From: Limnochordia bacterium
GTDB taxonomy: Bacteria; Bacillota; Limnochordia; DTU080
Assembly: GCA_050951545.1 (NCBI GenBank)
Contig: JBMNJG010000007.1
Location: 224,001 to 288,000 of the forward strand
Reading direction: 5' to 3'
DNA: 64,000 bases
Positions 1 to 10,290 of the stretch are shown piece by piece. How positions within the stretch are numbered: position 1 is the first letter of the stretch; every line of letters begins with the position of its first letter. The notes under the pieces are model-generated. The model worked only from the letters and a program-made list of their open reading frames with translations. It ran no database searches and had not been told where the DNA came from. The position numbers were made by a program, and so were the translations under genes.

Positions 1-110
1 TACTCGGTACGACGTAACGAAATATGTGAACTACGCTGAGTTGCACGCAGGGAGCTTGTCTGTGCGGGCTGGGGTTGCTGCTGCGTTCTAACTGTGGTTC
101 GCACAATGGA

Positions 111-677
111 TCAGCCAGTCTTTTGGCGAATAGCCCGCACCTCCTGTAGCAGGGCGGCGAGCAGTTTGGTGACCTCGGCAGATGAGCTTGACTCGTCGTC
201 ACCTAGTCCGGTGGGATCGCTGCGCTGTGCATGCACCAGTGCCAACACGCGATCTCTGACCAGTTCTGGCTCAGTCACGTTAGCAAAGGACAGCTCGGCT
301 GTGCTCTGGCCTGTTGCTGCGGTGTAGATGCGTACGCTACCGAGTCCGTAGCGGCGCTGCCAGGGGCCTTGCATGACGTTGACCATCTGCACCCTGCTGA
401 TGGGGAGCCGAGAGCGACGTTTCCACAGAGTGCCCCCTTCAGCGTACAGCCACTCGTCGTCGATGCGATAGGTAACGCTCTCATAGTAGCGGGGTATCCA
501 GATCACGAGCACAACGATAGCAATCAAAGTAGCTAGATGAACGACTACACTGGGGGTGGGTGTACTGCTTGTGGCGATTGTCAAAGGTATGCTCCAGGAC
601 AGTACACCGAAAAGGATCACCCAGAAAGCTATCGCAGAGAGAAACTTCTTCATTGCTGGATGCGGCCTGAATTCCAC
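111..677 (-). CDS. Membrane protein with bacterial PH domain (YdbS/bPH_2-like)
   Basis: Two N-terminal hydrophobic helices, then Y.I....L...GG.L......LP.SRVQ.V...QGP..R.YGLGS..IYTAA, typical of YdbS-like PH domains. AGGAGG RBS favours GTG at 677 (ORF track start is 686). Confidence 0.75.
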   Translation of the reverse strand: MEFRPHPAMKKFLSAIAFWVILFGVLSWSIPLTIATSSTPTPSVVVHLATLIAIVVLVIWIPRYYESVTYRIDDEWLYAEGGTLWKRRSRLPISRVQMVNVMQGPWQRRYGLGSVRIYTAATGQSTAELSFANVTEPELVRDRVLALVHAQRSDPTGLGDDESSSSAEVTKLLAALLQEVRAIRQKTG

Positions 678-698
678 AGGTGTCACCTCCTGATGTCA

Positions 699-1745
699 CT
701 ACAGTTGGCTTTCGCTGATACCGGGGATCAGTCTCGCAGCATTCGACCAGTACACTTTGCGCAGAACCTCGTCGGGCAAATGGATGCCAGAGATGTGCCA
801 GAACCCTTGGCCAGGATAGCCGTGGTACTCAAAACACTCGTCATCGGTTTCTAAGAAGCGGAAGTAGTTGCGATAGGCTTGCGTGCTAGGTGTGCCGTCC
901 AGACCGAACACGATACGGTCCTGATGCTCCAAGAAAAACTGCCGTGTTCGGCGTGGCTGGCGACCCAATTCTGCCTGACGGGCCGAGAAATCGACGTAGT
1001 AGTTTGGGTAGCGTTCCAGTGCCTGGCTGGCCCTCGTCAGGTCTTCCGATTCGCTACCGATGTGGGCACCGATGAAATTGGTGTTTGGGAAAGCAGCGAC
1101 AATGGCGTCGCGCTCGGTAAGCAGCTGCTGCAAAGGGGGGAAACCCGCGCCGTAGAAGTGCCAGTCGGGATGGCGGTTCAGCTCCCGGTAGCGCTCGTTT
1201 CGGGCATCAAGCGGTTCAAAGAACGCAAAGGGATCAGCTACGTGGATCAGCACAGGTATCCCGAGCTCCCCTGCCGCTTGCCAGATGGGAAAGAAGCGAG
1301 GGTCATTCACGTGCAGAAGCTGGCCTTCTGCGTCTCGTAGATTGAGCCCCAAAGACTTGAAGATTTTGAGGCCTTGCACGCCTGCTTGCACGGCATTCTC
1401 AAGTGCCAGAGCTTCTCGCTCTCCGAAGTCGGGTTCGTTGACTCGCAAGAAGTCGGGAACATAAAAGACAGCGAAACGCTCTGGGTGCTGGCCTTTGAGG
1501 AGATCAAGGCGCCGTTTCAGTCGCTCGCCATGCATTCCCGAGAGATCTACAAAGACGCGTACGTGGCAGTCGTCCATGGCCCGCAACAGACGATCTACGT
1601 TCCAGGAGTCACGAAAGTGATTATGAGCATCAACCACTGGGTAGCGGGCCCTTTGGATGTCTGTCTGCCGAAGTCGTACCATCGCCTGCGGGACGTAGCT
1701 GTCGATGGTCACTTGGGTAGACTGTGGACCTTCATCTCTCCTCAC
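699..1745 (-). CDS. Amidohydrolase family protein (Amidohydro_2 TIM barrel)
   Basis: Motifs DAHNH, GLKI, PVLIHVADP, IGAH, DRIVFGLD and C-terminal NAARL. Confidence 0.85.
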   Translation of the reverse strand: MRRDEGPQSTQVTIDSYVPQAMVRLRQTDIQRARYPVVDAHNHFRDSWNVDRLLRAMDDCHVRVFVDLSGMHGERLKRRLDLLKGQHPERFAVFYVPDFLRVNEPDFGEREALALENAVQAGVQGLKIFKSLGLNLRDAEGQLLHVNDPRFFPIWQAAGELGIPVLIHVADPFAFFEPLDARNERYRELNRHPDWHFYGAGFPPLQQLLTERDAIVAAFPNTNFIGAHIGSESEDLTRASQALERYPNYYVDFSARQAELGRQPRRTRQFFLEHQDRIVFGLDGTPSTQAYRNYFRFLETDDECFEYHGYPGQGFWHISGIHLPDEVLRKVYWSNAARLIPGISESQL

Positions 1746-1988
1746 AGGGAACGCTCCTTTCGTATGTCAGCTTTGTGTCACATGGAGATGGAGTTCCCAT
1801 CACGAGCAGAAAAACCTTCTAAAGAGTCGTATCATGATGCATAGGCAAGACCACATGACCTCAGGCAGGCATATGGCGGCCCGAGAGAGAACAAGTTCGC
1901 GAAACAGACTGGTTGCGGTGCAGGCATGTCGGCGGTCAACCGCATCGCCGAATGACAACATAACTCGGTTATCTAGGGGAGCAGATCA

Positions 1989-3026
1989 GTGATGTCAGTC
2001 GAGTCAGGTGCGGCGGTGGCAGGGTCCGGTGTGCGGGTGGGAGTGCCTCGAGCGCTTTGGTATTATACTTTCTATCCGTTTTGGCGAGCCCTTTTTGCTG
2101 GCATGGGCGCCTCACTTATTCCGTCGCAGCCGACCACCAAAGGGATTCTTGATGCCGGGATCCTTGAAACAGTGAGTGAAGCTTGCGTACCAATCAAGGT
2201 TTTTCTTGGCCACGTGCAGGATCTGCGCGAAACCTGGCAACGGGGGCAGATCGATATGCTCTTCCTCCCTCGATATGTCAGTTGGCAGGGGGGGTTGATC
2301 TTTTGCCCCAAGTTCCTGGGCTTGCCTGACATGGTTAGGTACGCCTTTGATTCATTGCCTCCGCTGCTTACGGTACGCATAGACCGCCGGCGCGGCCCCT
2401 TCGCATTGCTGCGAGTCTGTGACGAGATCAGGCGTCAGCTTGGAGCAGGCAAGAGGACCCTATGGAAGGCCTACCGATCTGCATGGAGAGCCCAGGCACT
2501 GCATGAAAAGCGGTTACGCGAGAACTGGCGACCTACTGAATCGATCAGTGGTCAGCGGCGCCGCCGCCCGGCAGTCACAGGCAATGCTCGCCGCCCTCTG
2601 CGATTGGCAGTGCTGGGCTACCCTTATCTTGTATACGATGAGTATGTGAGTCTTGGTTTGCTAGACAAGTTGGAGGCTATGGGCGTTGAAGTAGTGACGG
2701 CTGACACCCTACGGGCTCAACAGAAGCAGTTACGGCACCACAAGCAGAAGGATCTGTTCTGGGAGTACAGCGAAATGGTGAAGACAGTTGGCTACTATGC
2801 CTTGAGCCCGGCCTGCCAGGAGATCGATGGTGTGATCCATGTGACGGCGTTTGCCTGTGGCCCTGATGCCATGGTCAACAAACTACTGGAGCTAGAAGCA
2901 CGCAAAGAGGATAGGAAAGCCTTTTTGTCGCTAGGCCTCGACGAGGAAACTGGCGAAGCGGGGTGTCTCACGAGGCTCGAGGCCTTTGTGGACATGCTTC
3001 ACAGGAGTTCACGTCTCGGAGTTTGA
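1989..3026 (+). CDS. CoA-activase-associated protein (DUF2229 / 2-hydroxyacyl-CoA dehydratase-like)
   Basis: Motifs VGVPRAL, EACVPIKVFLGH, FCPKFLGLPD, AFACGPD, DEETGEAG..TRLEAFVDML. Confidence 0.8.
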   Translation: MMSVESGAAVAGSGVRVGVPRALWYYTFYPFWRALFAGMGASLIPSQPTTKGILDAGILETVSEACVPIKVFLGHVQDLRETWQRGQIDMLFLPRYVSWQGGLIFCPKFLGLPDMVRYAFDSLPPLLTVRIDRRRGPFALLRVCDEIRRQLGAGKRTLWKAYRSAWRAQALHEKRLRENWRPTESISGQRRRRPAVTGNARRPLRLAVLGYPYLVYDEYVSLGLLDKLEAMGVEVVTADTLRAQQKQLRHHKQKDLFWEYSEMVKTVGYYALSPACQEIDGVIHVTAFACGPDAMVNKLLELEARKEDRKAFLSLGLDEETGEAGCLTRLEAFVDMLHRSSRLGV

Positions 3027-3103
3027 TTGCCCTGACTGTGAACGTAGGCAGATCGGCGTGCAGGCACCCGAATGAAGGATTCACAGAGAAAGCGAGCAAT
3101 AAG

Positions 3104-4192
3104 ATGTCGAGAGTTACATTTCCCCATATGGGGCATTATTCACCAGCCTTTGCCATCCTGATGCGTGAGCTAGGTCATGAGGTGATCATGCCTCAGACTC
3201 CTACTAAGGACACCCTCACCCTGGGGACGTTGCATGGCCCGGAGTTCGCCTGCTTGCCGTTGAAGATCTGTCTCGGTACATATATCGAGTCGCTGGAGCG
3301 GGGAGCAGACGTGATCGTTACTAGCGGTGGTGTGGGGCCCTGTCGGGCTGGCTTGTATGCCACTGTTCAAGAAGAGATACTGAGGGGCCTGGGTTACGAA
3401 TTTGAGATGATCGTCTTGGAGCCTCCACGGCGCGATCCCTTTGGTTTGCTTGCCTCCTTGCACCGCCTGAACGCCTTTCGGCGGCCGCCATGGCAGCTGG
3501 CGCGCATCGTGCGGAAGACCTGGGAGATGATTAAAGCCCTGGACATACTGGAGCGTCAACTCCATCACTTAAGGCCGCGAGAGGCACGGGTGGGCAGTGC
3601 AGAGGCGATCTATAAGAGAGGATGCCGGGCTATCGGTGCCCAAGACACTGTAGGGGGCATTGTGGAGGCTGGCCGGGCGGCGCTGGCCGAGATGCGGCAG
3701 GTACCTGTTGACCCTACTCGAGAGCCTATCAGAGTGGGCATTGTGGGCGAGATATACGTTCTTTTGGAGCCCACTGCTAACCTGCATATAGAGAAGATCC
3801 TGGGCGAGTTGGGGGCTGAAGTGGATCGCGCCATCTTCCTTACAGGATGGACGAGAGAGAACGTGGTGCGTGAGGGCGACAATCTGACGGCCAGAGAGGC
3901 TGCCTATCCGTATCTGTGTGAGATGATAGGTGGGCACGGACAGGACACGGTGGGTCACACCGTGATGTATGCCCGCGATGGCTATGATGGTGTTGTCCAA
4001 TTGGCCCCATTCACCTGCATTCCTGAGATCGTGGCCAAGGGTGTTCTGCCCAGTGTGAGCATTGATCTGGATATTCCAGTCATCTCCTTTTTCCTGGACG
4101 AGCAGACTGGTGAAGCTGGTTTTCGTACACGATTAGAGGCCTTTGTTGATCTGCTCGTGCGGCGCAGAAGTCGTCGGCGCCTGGCGGGGTAG
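3104..4192 (+). CDS. CoA-activase-associated 2-hydroxyacyl-CoA dehydratase-like subunit
   Basis: Start MSRVTFPHMG. Motifs PEFACLPLK, GPCRAGLY, VGEIYV, PFTCIPE, DEQTGEAGFRTRLEAFVD. Confidence 0.8.
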   Translation: MSRVTFPHMGHYSPAFAILMRELGHEVIMPQTPTKDTLTLGTLHGPEFACLPLKICLGTYIESLERGADVIVTSGGVGPCRAGLYATVQEEILRGLGYEFEMIVLEPPRRDPFGLLASLHRLNAFRRPPWQLARIVRKTWEMIKALDILERQLHHLRPREARVGSAEAIYKRGCRAIGAQDTVGGIVEAGRAALAEMRQVPVDPTREPIRVGIVGEIYVLLEPTANLHIEKILGELGAEVDRAIFLTGWTRENVVREGDNLTAREAAYPYLCEMIGGHGQDTVGHTVMYARDGYDGVVQLAPFTCIPEIVAKGVLPSVSIDLDIPVISFFLDEQTGEAGFRTRLEAFVDLLVRRRSRRRLAG

Positions 4193-4228
4193 TTTCCCTG
4201 GATACAATAAGACGAGGTGTATTATACA

Positions 4229-5245
4229 GTGAGTGTGGCGCGGGGTTACCTGGGTCTTGATGTGGGTTCCGTATCTACCAACATGGTGGTTATTGCGGAG
4301 GATGGCAGTCCGGTCACGGCGGTCTACCTAAGAACACGGGGGGAACCCATCGGCGCGGTGCAGGAGGGGTTGCGGCGTGTGCAGCAGGAGCTTCCTGGGG
4401 ACTTCACGGTTCTCGGTGTCGGAGCGACAGGCAGCGCTCGTCAGCTCGGCGGTGTGATCGTTGGCGCAGATGTGGTGAAAAATGAGATCACTGCGCATGC
4501 TGTAGCGGCGTCTGAAATGGTTCCCAGCGTGCAAACCGTGCTTGAGATTGGGGGACAAGACTCCAAGATCATCATCATCCGTGACGGGGTGATCGCTGAT
4601 TTCGCCATGAACACGGTGTGTGCAGCAGGCACTGGGTCGTTTCTGGATCAGCAGGCCGCTCGATTGGGACTGCCTATCGAAGAGTTGGGCGAAATAGCCC
4701 TAAAATCAGAATCGCCAGTGCGCATTGCAGGGCGTTGCACGGTTTTTGCCGAGTCCGATATGGTGCATAAGCAACAGCTTGGTTATCGACGTGAGGACAT
4801 CGTCTACGGTCTTTGCCAGGCTTTGGTCCGTAACTACCTCAATAATGTGGGCCGAGGCAAGCAGATTGCCCCTGTCGTGGTCTTTCAGGGCGGCGTCGCG
4901 GCCAACGCTGGTATCTGCCGTGCTTTCGAGGAGGCATTGGGCACCGAAGTGATCGTGCCGCGTCATTTCGGTTGCATGGGCGCTTTGGGTGCCGCCATGC
5001 TGTCTCGGGAGGAAATGGAGCACCGTCGCCAGCAGGGACGAGACACTGCCACCCATTTCAGAGGTTTTGGTGGATCAGAGCTCAAGTATCGGGCCTCGAG
5101 CTTCGAGTGCCATCACTGCCCCAATAGCTGTGAAGTCATTGAGATCTCCTGCGACGGTGAAGTGCTGGCCCGCTGGGGCGGGCGTTGTCCGCGTTGGGAT
5201 ATCGTTTCCGAAGGCAAAGAGGGCGTTGCACTGGCTGTGAAATAG
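4229..5245 (+). CDS. CoA-substrate-specific enzyme activase (BadF/BadG/BcrA/BcrD ASKHA ATPase, [4Fe-4S])
   Basis: Motifs GLDVGSVST, EITAH, EIGGQDSK, CAAGTGSFLDQQA, RCTVFAESD, GGVAAN and C-terminal CxxCxNxC...GGRC. GAGGTG RBS precedes GTG at 4229. Confidence 0.9.
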   Translation: MSVARGYLGLDVGSVSTNMVVIAEDGSPVTAVYLRTRGEPIGAVQEGLRRVQQELPGDFTVLGVGATGSARQLGGVIVGADVVKNEITAHAVAASEMVPSVQTVLEIGGQDSKIIIIRDGVIADFAMNTVCAAGTGSFLDQQAARLGLPIEELGEIALKSESPVRIAGRCTVFAESDMVHKQQLGYRREDIVYGLCQALVRNYLNNVGRGKQIAPVVVFQGGVAANAGICRAFEEALGTEVIVPRHFGCMGALGAAMLSREEMEHRRQQGRDTATHFRGFGGSELKYRASSFECHHCPNSCEVIEISCDGEVLARWGGRCPRWDIVSEGKEGVALAVK

Positions 5246-5373
5246 CGACTCGTAGTCGTACGTAATCCTACGGAGGCCACATGGCAAAAACTGCAGCTAG
5301 AGGCCCCTCCGCGCTATCTAGACATCAAGCCACCAACGCAGCCATAGACCCAGAAAATGTAGCTACAACCGAA

Positions 5374-5418
5374 AAAAAGGCCGTCATGTCCCAGAAATGG
5401 TTTCACGACGGCCTTTTT
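5374..5418. terminator. Bidirectional intrinsic terminator
   Basis: AAAAAGGCCGTC...GACGGCCTTTTT inverted repeat between convergent genes. Confidence 0.7.
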
Positions 5419-5454
5419 GGACCCTGGTTGTATCTACGCACTGTTCAACGCCAG

Positions 5455-6630
5455 CTAGGCAGGCTCACCGTATGTGGCGTGCAACCGCTCTTCATATCCC
5501 GTTTCAGAGTGCAAAGGCAAGGTCAGAGGCTGCCCGCCCCGACGTGCGGATTCACGCACAGCGATAAGTATCTCCATGTCCGCCCGGGCGTTATCTGCCC
5601 CGTACTCAGGCGAGACACCCTCCGTAACTGCCCGATACAGGCCTGTCAAAGCATCCATGCGCGCCACTTCATCAGCGTTGGCTGGGAAATAGCGCACAAA
5701 GGGGTTCTCCCAGGCCCATTCGGAGAGGCGTTCACCGTCTTTGGTGAGAGCGGCTCCGACCACTGTGGGACGTCCCTCGATGGTCTCGGTGTCCAGGGTG
5801 ATCCTGAGCCTTTCCTTGCTATCGTGGATGATAACATCCGTGCCGCTGATGGCGCCCTTGGTTCCCTGTATGTCCCACAGGTTGCCGCGAGGCGGCGCGA
5901 AGGGGACTTCATACGTGGCCACGACGCCGTTGGCGAACTCGATCAACCCGGCTTCCCACGTTGCGATATCAGATTCGCGAATCAACGGTTCGTAGTCATA
6001 CTCGGTGTAGCCCAGACCGTGCAGAAAATAGGGGTCAACAAACCGGACAGCTCGCGGCGCCGCCATGACTCTGGCGTAACCCACTATCCGTGCAGCTCGC
6101 GAGTCGACCAGGGTGCGTAGAGCGTTGAGCCCATGGTAGGCTCCGCTGGAGTACCAAAGGCGCCCGCTGCTTACGTCGCCGATAAGCCCGCCCTGGATAA
6201 GCTGATACTTCAGGCGTTCCTGCGGCCAGCGCCATACGTTTTCGCCGATCTCGAGTTGCACGCCGGCTCTGCGGCATGCGGAGATCATCTGGTCAGCGTA
6301 GCCAAGAGTAACAGCGATAGGGGTTTCGCACAGGACGTGCACTCCATGTGCTGCGGCTGCCGTGGTCGATGTATGATGATGCTCTGCGGGCGTGACCACC
6401 ACGACCGCGTCAGGCTTAGAGCGGGCGAACAGAGTCTCTAGATCGCTAAACCCAGGAACGCCCAGGCGAGCCGCCACTTCAGCCACCCGTTCCGGTAGGA
6501 CATCACAAACGCCGACGAGCTTGTACATATCTGTGAGTTTCTCTAGAGTAGCCAGGTGTGATTGCGCTCGAGCACCGACACCAATGACGGCTACCTTTAG
6601 CTGGACATCGACAGACTGTGGGGGGTTCAT
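5455..6630 (-). CDS. Gfo/Idh/MocA family oxidoreductase
   Basis: VAVIGVGARAQSH Rossmann motif, HVLCETP (variant of EKP). Confidence 0.85.
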   Translation of the reverse strand: MNPPQSVDVQLKVAVIGVGARAQSHLATLEKLTDMYKLVGVCDVLPERVAEVAARLGVPGFSDLETLFARSKPDAVVVVTPAEHHHTSTTAAAAHGVHVLCETPIAVTLGYADQMISACRRAGVQLEIGENVWRWPQERLKYQLIQGGLIGDVSSGRLWYSSGAYHGLNALRTLVDSRAARIVGYARVMAAPRAVRFVDPYFLHGLGYTEYDYEPLIRESDIATWEAGLIEFANGVVATYEVPFAPPRGNLWDIQGTKGAISGTDVIIHDSKERLRITLDTETIEGRPTVVGAALTKDGERLSEWAWENPFVRYFPANADEVARMDALTGLYRAVTEGVSPEYGADNARADMEILIAVRESARRGGQPLTLPLHSETGYEERLHATYGEPA

Positions 6631-6666
6631 CTTACTAACCGCCTTTCAGACGAAGCTGGGCGTCGC

Positions 6667-7521
6667 CTACTCTACCGGACCTAGATTTGCTTTGGCTGCT
6701 ATGGCCAGTAGGTTCTTTCGGGCGCGAGCGATGCGCACATCGAGTTCCTCTGGAGGAATAGGTCCAGTGGGTGCTCCGTCGACCCGTTCAACAGCGATGA
6801 GTCCGGCAAAGCCAGCCTTGGCCAGCATGTCAAAAATCGCGGGAAAGTCGACCGCGCCTTCACCGGGTACAGGGAAATCGCCATGTGCTCGTGGGCCCTG
6901 ATGGTCCTTCGCCACGATAGAGGCGGTCATGTTGACAAACGGGGCGAGATCTTTGTCAGGGGCGAGTCCTTCATAGAAGCTTACGTTGCCAGGGTCATAG
7001 CAGGCTACCACGTTTGGGGCATTGATGTCCTCGATGGTCTTGGCGAGAAGAGCCGCCGTAGCGGTGTTGCCAGTATGAGGCTTGAGCAGGATCTGGATGC
7101 CTGCCTCTTGGGCATATGGGGCTACCTGACGCACATTGTCCACAAACACTTGGTGGGCCTTGGCCAGTTCCGATTCTGACAATGGCTCATCGGGGAACTT
7201 ACGGTAACCCCACGTGCCGCCGCCCAGAAGGGTGGTTACGCCCAGCTCTTTGGCCACATCGACACGTCGTCGGTACTGGGACAAGTCCGCCTCTCCAGCC
7301 AGGCTGGTCCCCCACATGAGCGTGGGTTGTAGGTCGCGTTTTGCGAATTCCTCCTTGAGTTTTGCCAGTTCATCTGCAGAAGGGTCGTCAGAGGGGACAG
7401 GTTGGCCTTCGTGACGTAGCCCGAAGCCCACGTACTTGTAGCCGGCCTTACTGATGCCGTCGAGTGCGCGCTCCATGCTGTAGCGAGCGTAGGGAAGTGT
7501 GCAGCAAACGAGCTTGATCAA
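6667..7521 (-). CDS. Sugar phosphate isomerase/epimerase (AP endonuclease 2 / xylose-isomerase-like TIM barrel)
   Basis: Motifs LKPH, YDPGN, AKD, PGEGAVDF, GFAGLIAVE. Confidence 0.8.
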   Translation of the reverse strand: MIKLVCCTLPYARYSMERALDGISKAGYKYVGFGLRHEGQPVPSDDPSADELAKLKEEFAKRDLQPTLMWGTSLAGEADLSQYRRRVDVAKELGVTTLLGGGTWGYRKFPDEPLSESELAKAHQVFVDNVRQVAPYAQEAGIQILLKPHTGNTATAALLAKTIEDINAPNVVACYDPGNVSFYEGLAPDKDLAPFVNMTASIVAKDHQGPRAHGDFPVPGEGAVDFPAIFDMLAKAGFAGLIAVERVDGAPTGPIPPEELDVRIARARKNLLAIAAKANLGPVE

Positions 7522-7550
7522 AACAACGCCTCCTTAGCTTGTCGATACCG

Positions 7551-8840
7551 TTAATTCATACAGAGCTCTTCTACCCGGTGTTCTCGCATCGCGACATCGG
7601 CGCGGAAGCCGATGAGGTGTCCAGCAATAGAGTCTTCAAGACCTGTGTAGGAAAGTGAGGGTGCTTCACCCTGTAAGACACGGCAAAAGTCAGCGACGAG
7701 GCGCAGGTCGCCACCACCATGCCCATCTGTGGAGCCATGTGCCCGCACATCGACTTCATGTTCCGCGTACTCGTGACCGGGCCGGGGATCGATATGCCGG
7801 ATGACAAAGCGGTTATCTTCGAGACATCCGCTGATCTCGCCGTGCGTACCGAGCAAGTGGATAGTACGCGCAGGACGGGCAGTTCCGCCTACCAGATTGT
7901 GGGTAGCTGAACAGCCATCCGCGAACTCTACGAGCACCGACTGGTGATCGATGACGTTGTTGTCAGATCTCCAGACACAGCGCCCATAGACGCTTGTCTT
8001 GAGCAGTTCCGTCTTCTGCTCTATAGTGGGGTTCTCGATCTCCTGCAGTTCGTTCCATACATAGGCAGACCAGCGTTGCGGGTGGTCGAGGTAATGCTTG
8101 CGGGCAGAGTAAAGACACTGATCTTCGATCGGACAGTCGACGATGCAACGTGTGCCAGCGCCTTTGGGGGCTCTGGCCGACGTGAAGTAGCTTAAGCCGC
8201 CGAAGCTGCTGACGCGCAGCGGGGCGACTCCGCTTTTCATCCAGGCGATGAGGTCGAGGTCATGACAACACTTGGACATGAGCATCGAGGAGCCGCAGGC
8301 TTGTTCATTGCTCCATTTACCACGAATAAAGGCCACGGCCATGTGATGGTAACTCACGTGCTCGGTCGTGTCCAAGCTTAGGATTTCACCAATCTCCCCA
8401 GCAGCCACGCGCTCACGGATCATGGCGTAGAATGGCGCGTAGCGCAGCACATGGCAGATCATCACAGTTCTTTCGTGTTCTTGTGCCGCCTGTGCCAGTT
8501 GCCACATCTCGGCTTCGCTCACGGCAAAGGGTTTTTCCAGGAGCAGGTGATAGCCAGCAACCAAAAGGGGCAGGCTGGTCGGTACGTGGTGGAGATCCAT
8601 GGTACCATTGATCACGGCGTCTGCTATCGGGGCGTGGGCAGCCAGCTCTTCGGCTGAGCCGAAGCATCGTTCCGGTGGGATGTCGTAGAGTTGTGCTGTA
8701 CAAAGGCGTCTATGGGCATCGGGCTCGGCCACGCCAACGATCTTCAGTTGGTCAGGTCGCCGACGAGCATACGAAGCGTAGGTGAGCGCTCTGTGGCCTG
8801 CGCCTACAATCACGGCGGTTATCGGTCCTTGTTTCATCAA
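7551..8840 (-). CDS. Gfo/Idh/MocA family oxidoreductase
   Basis: Motifs VGAGHRA, LLEKP, CHVLRY, KCCHDLD, HGGGD, plus a CxxDCP...C insert. Confidence 0.9.
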   Translation of the reverse strand: MMKQGPITAVIVGAGHRALTYASYARRRPDQLKIVGVAEPDAHRRLCTAQLYDIPPERCFGSAEELAAHAPIADAVINGTMDLHHVPTSLPLLVAGYHLLLEKPFAVSEAEMWQLAQAAQEHERTVMICHVLRYAPFYAMIRERVAAGEIGEILSLDTTEHVSYHHMAVAFIRGKWSNEQACGSSMLMSKCCHDLDLIAWMKSGVAPLRVSSFGGLSYFTSARAPKGAGTRCIVDCPIEDQCLYSARKHYLDHPQRWSAYVWNELQEIENPTIEQKTELLKTSVYGRCVWRSDNNVIDHQSVLVEFADGCSATHNLVGGTARPARTIHLLGTHGEISGCLEDNRFVIRHIDPRPGHEYAEHEVDVRAHGSTDGHGGGDLRLVADFCRVLQGEAPSLSYTGLEDSIAGHLIGFRADVAMREHRVEELCMN

Positions 8841-8875
8841 GGTGTGCCCTCCGGTGCCTTTTGAACGGCTACTTC

Positions 8876-8900
8876 GTTCTCACGGCAGGCCATTCCTCCT
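8876..8900 (-). promoter_or_regulatory. Putative sigH-type promoter
   Basis: AGGA-N17-GAAC on the minus strand upstream of 8840. Confidence 0.35.
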
Positions 8901-9013
8901 GAAAGGCGAGCGACAACGCATTGCCTGCTGGAGCTGACAGGGATATGATCATGATGAGATGGCCAAGCAATCCATGGGAACAGGCGGATGTGCGCCTGTA
9001 AGGGGGATGCCTC

Positions 9014-10141
9014 TTGAGAGTTGTGGTACTTGGAGGAACTGGCGACATGGGCAGTCTCGCTGTCCGTGAATTGGGCCGAGAGGCGGAGGTCGAACAGGTT
9101 ACCATTGTCGGCCGCAACAGAGAGCGGGCGGAGGCCTTAGCTGCCGAAGTAGGCAGCCACGCGCAGGTGGCGATACTGGATGTGCAGGATACTGCCGCGC
9201 TCAAGGCAGCTCTGGAGGGTCACGATGTGGCAGTGGGGGCATTGGGCCCCTTCTACTTATATGAGACGCTGATGGCTGAGGCCGCTATTGATGCTGGAAT
9301 ACCCTACGTGAGCATTTGTGATGACTACGACGCGACACAGGCAGTCTTGGAGCTGGATCCCGCAGCAAAACAGCGAGGGGTCACGGTTTTGACGGGGATG
9401 GGCTGGACGCCGGGCATTACCAACATCTGTGCAAAAAAAGCGACCCAGCTACTGGACGTCGCGGAGCGAATCCACATCTCCTGGGCCGGGGCTTCAGCGG
9501 ATGCAGAGGGGCTCGCTGTCATTTCGCACATGATGCACATCTTCACCGGGAAGGTTCCCACGTTCGTTGACGGTACATGGCAGCGATTACCAGCTGGCAG
9601 CGGTCGCCGCAGTGTCCATTTCCCGGATCCTATGGGTGCAGTCGCGGTCTATCATGTCGGCCATCCCGAACCAGTGACCATCCCGAGATTTATGCCAGGG
9701 GTCCAGGAAGTCTCTCTACGGGGCGGCCTTACAGAGAGTTTCTTGACCTATGTGGGCATTGGCATTGCCCGTTTGGGGCTCACTCGTACCCCCGAGCGTC
9801 GAGAGCGCTTAGCAGCGCAGATGAAACCCCTTCTTCCGCTGCTAGAACAGATTGGGCCCCAGGCCCGCCCGCTCTCTGGAGCACATGTGGAAGTTCAAGG
9901 GATGAAAGACGGGCAGCCTGCCAGAATCGAGCTGGCAGCTGTGGATCGCATGGCTAGGCTTACGTCGTTACCGCTGGTGGTCGGAGCACTGATGCTAGGC
10001 CGTGGCGAGATCGATAACCCCGGTGTGATTGCTCCCGAATCTCCAAACGGTCCGGACCCGGATGCGGTCTTCCGAGCACTTGCGCAATATGAGCTTCAAG
10101 TGCATGTCGGTGAGGTGGAGTACCTGGAGGCGAGCGAATGA
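9014..10141 (+). CDS. Saccharopine dehydrogenase-like NAD(P)-binding oxidoreductase
   Basis: Motifs VLGGTGDMG, GPFY, YVSICDD, GMGWTPGITN, HPEPVT. Confidence 0.85.
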   Translation: MRVVVLGGTGDMGSLAVRELGREAEVEQVTIVGRNRERAEALAAEVGSHAQVAILDVQDTAALKAALEGHDVAVGALGPFYLYETLMAEAAIDAGIPYVSICDDYDATQAVLELDPAAKQRGVTVLTGMGWTPGITNICAKKATQLLDVAERIHISWAGASADAEGLAVISHMMHIFTGKVPTFVDGTWQRLPAGSGRRSVHFPDPMGAVAVYHVGHPEPVTIPRFMPGVQEVSLRGGLTESFLTYVGIGIARLGLTRTPERRERLAAQMKPLLPLLEQIGPQARPLSGAHVEVQGMKDGQPARIELAAVDRMARLTSLPLVVGALMLGRGEIDNPGVIAPESPNGPDPDAVFRALAQYELQVHVGEVEYLEASE

Positions 10142-10151
10142 GCGCCTAGGC

Positions 10152-10176
10152 AGGAATAGCTGTTCTTTCCCGGAAT
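10152..10176 (+). promoter_or_regulatory. Putative sigH-type promoter
   Basis: GCAGGAATA...CCGGAAT gives AGGA-N17-GAAT, matching the Bacillus sigH consensus. Confidence 0.5.
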
Positions 10177-10290
10177 GAGTCAATTAGCTTAGCGAGGAAA
10201 TACACGTGTCGGTGCTAGCTTCCGCTGGATGAGGAGTGGAGGCCGCCGACATGCCGCACAGCGTAACAGGATTTTTGGAGGGGGCGTACT

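Noticed and set aside
5281-6120. 279-aa plus-strand ORF
   Set aside because: Mostly antisense to the Gfo/Idh/MocA gene and runs through a terminator; no motifs.
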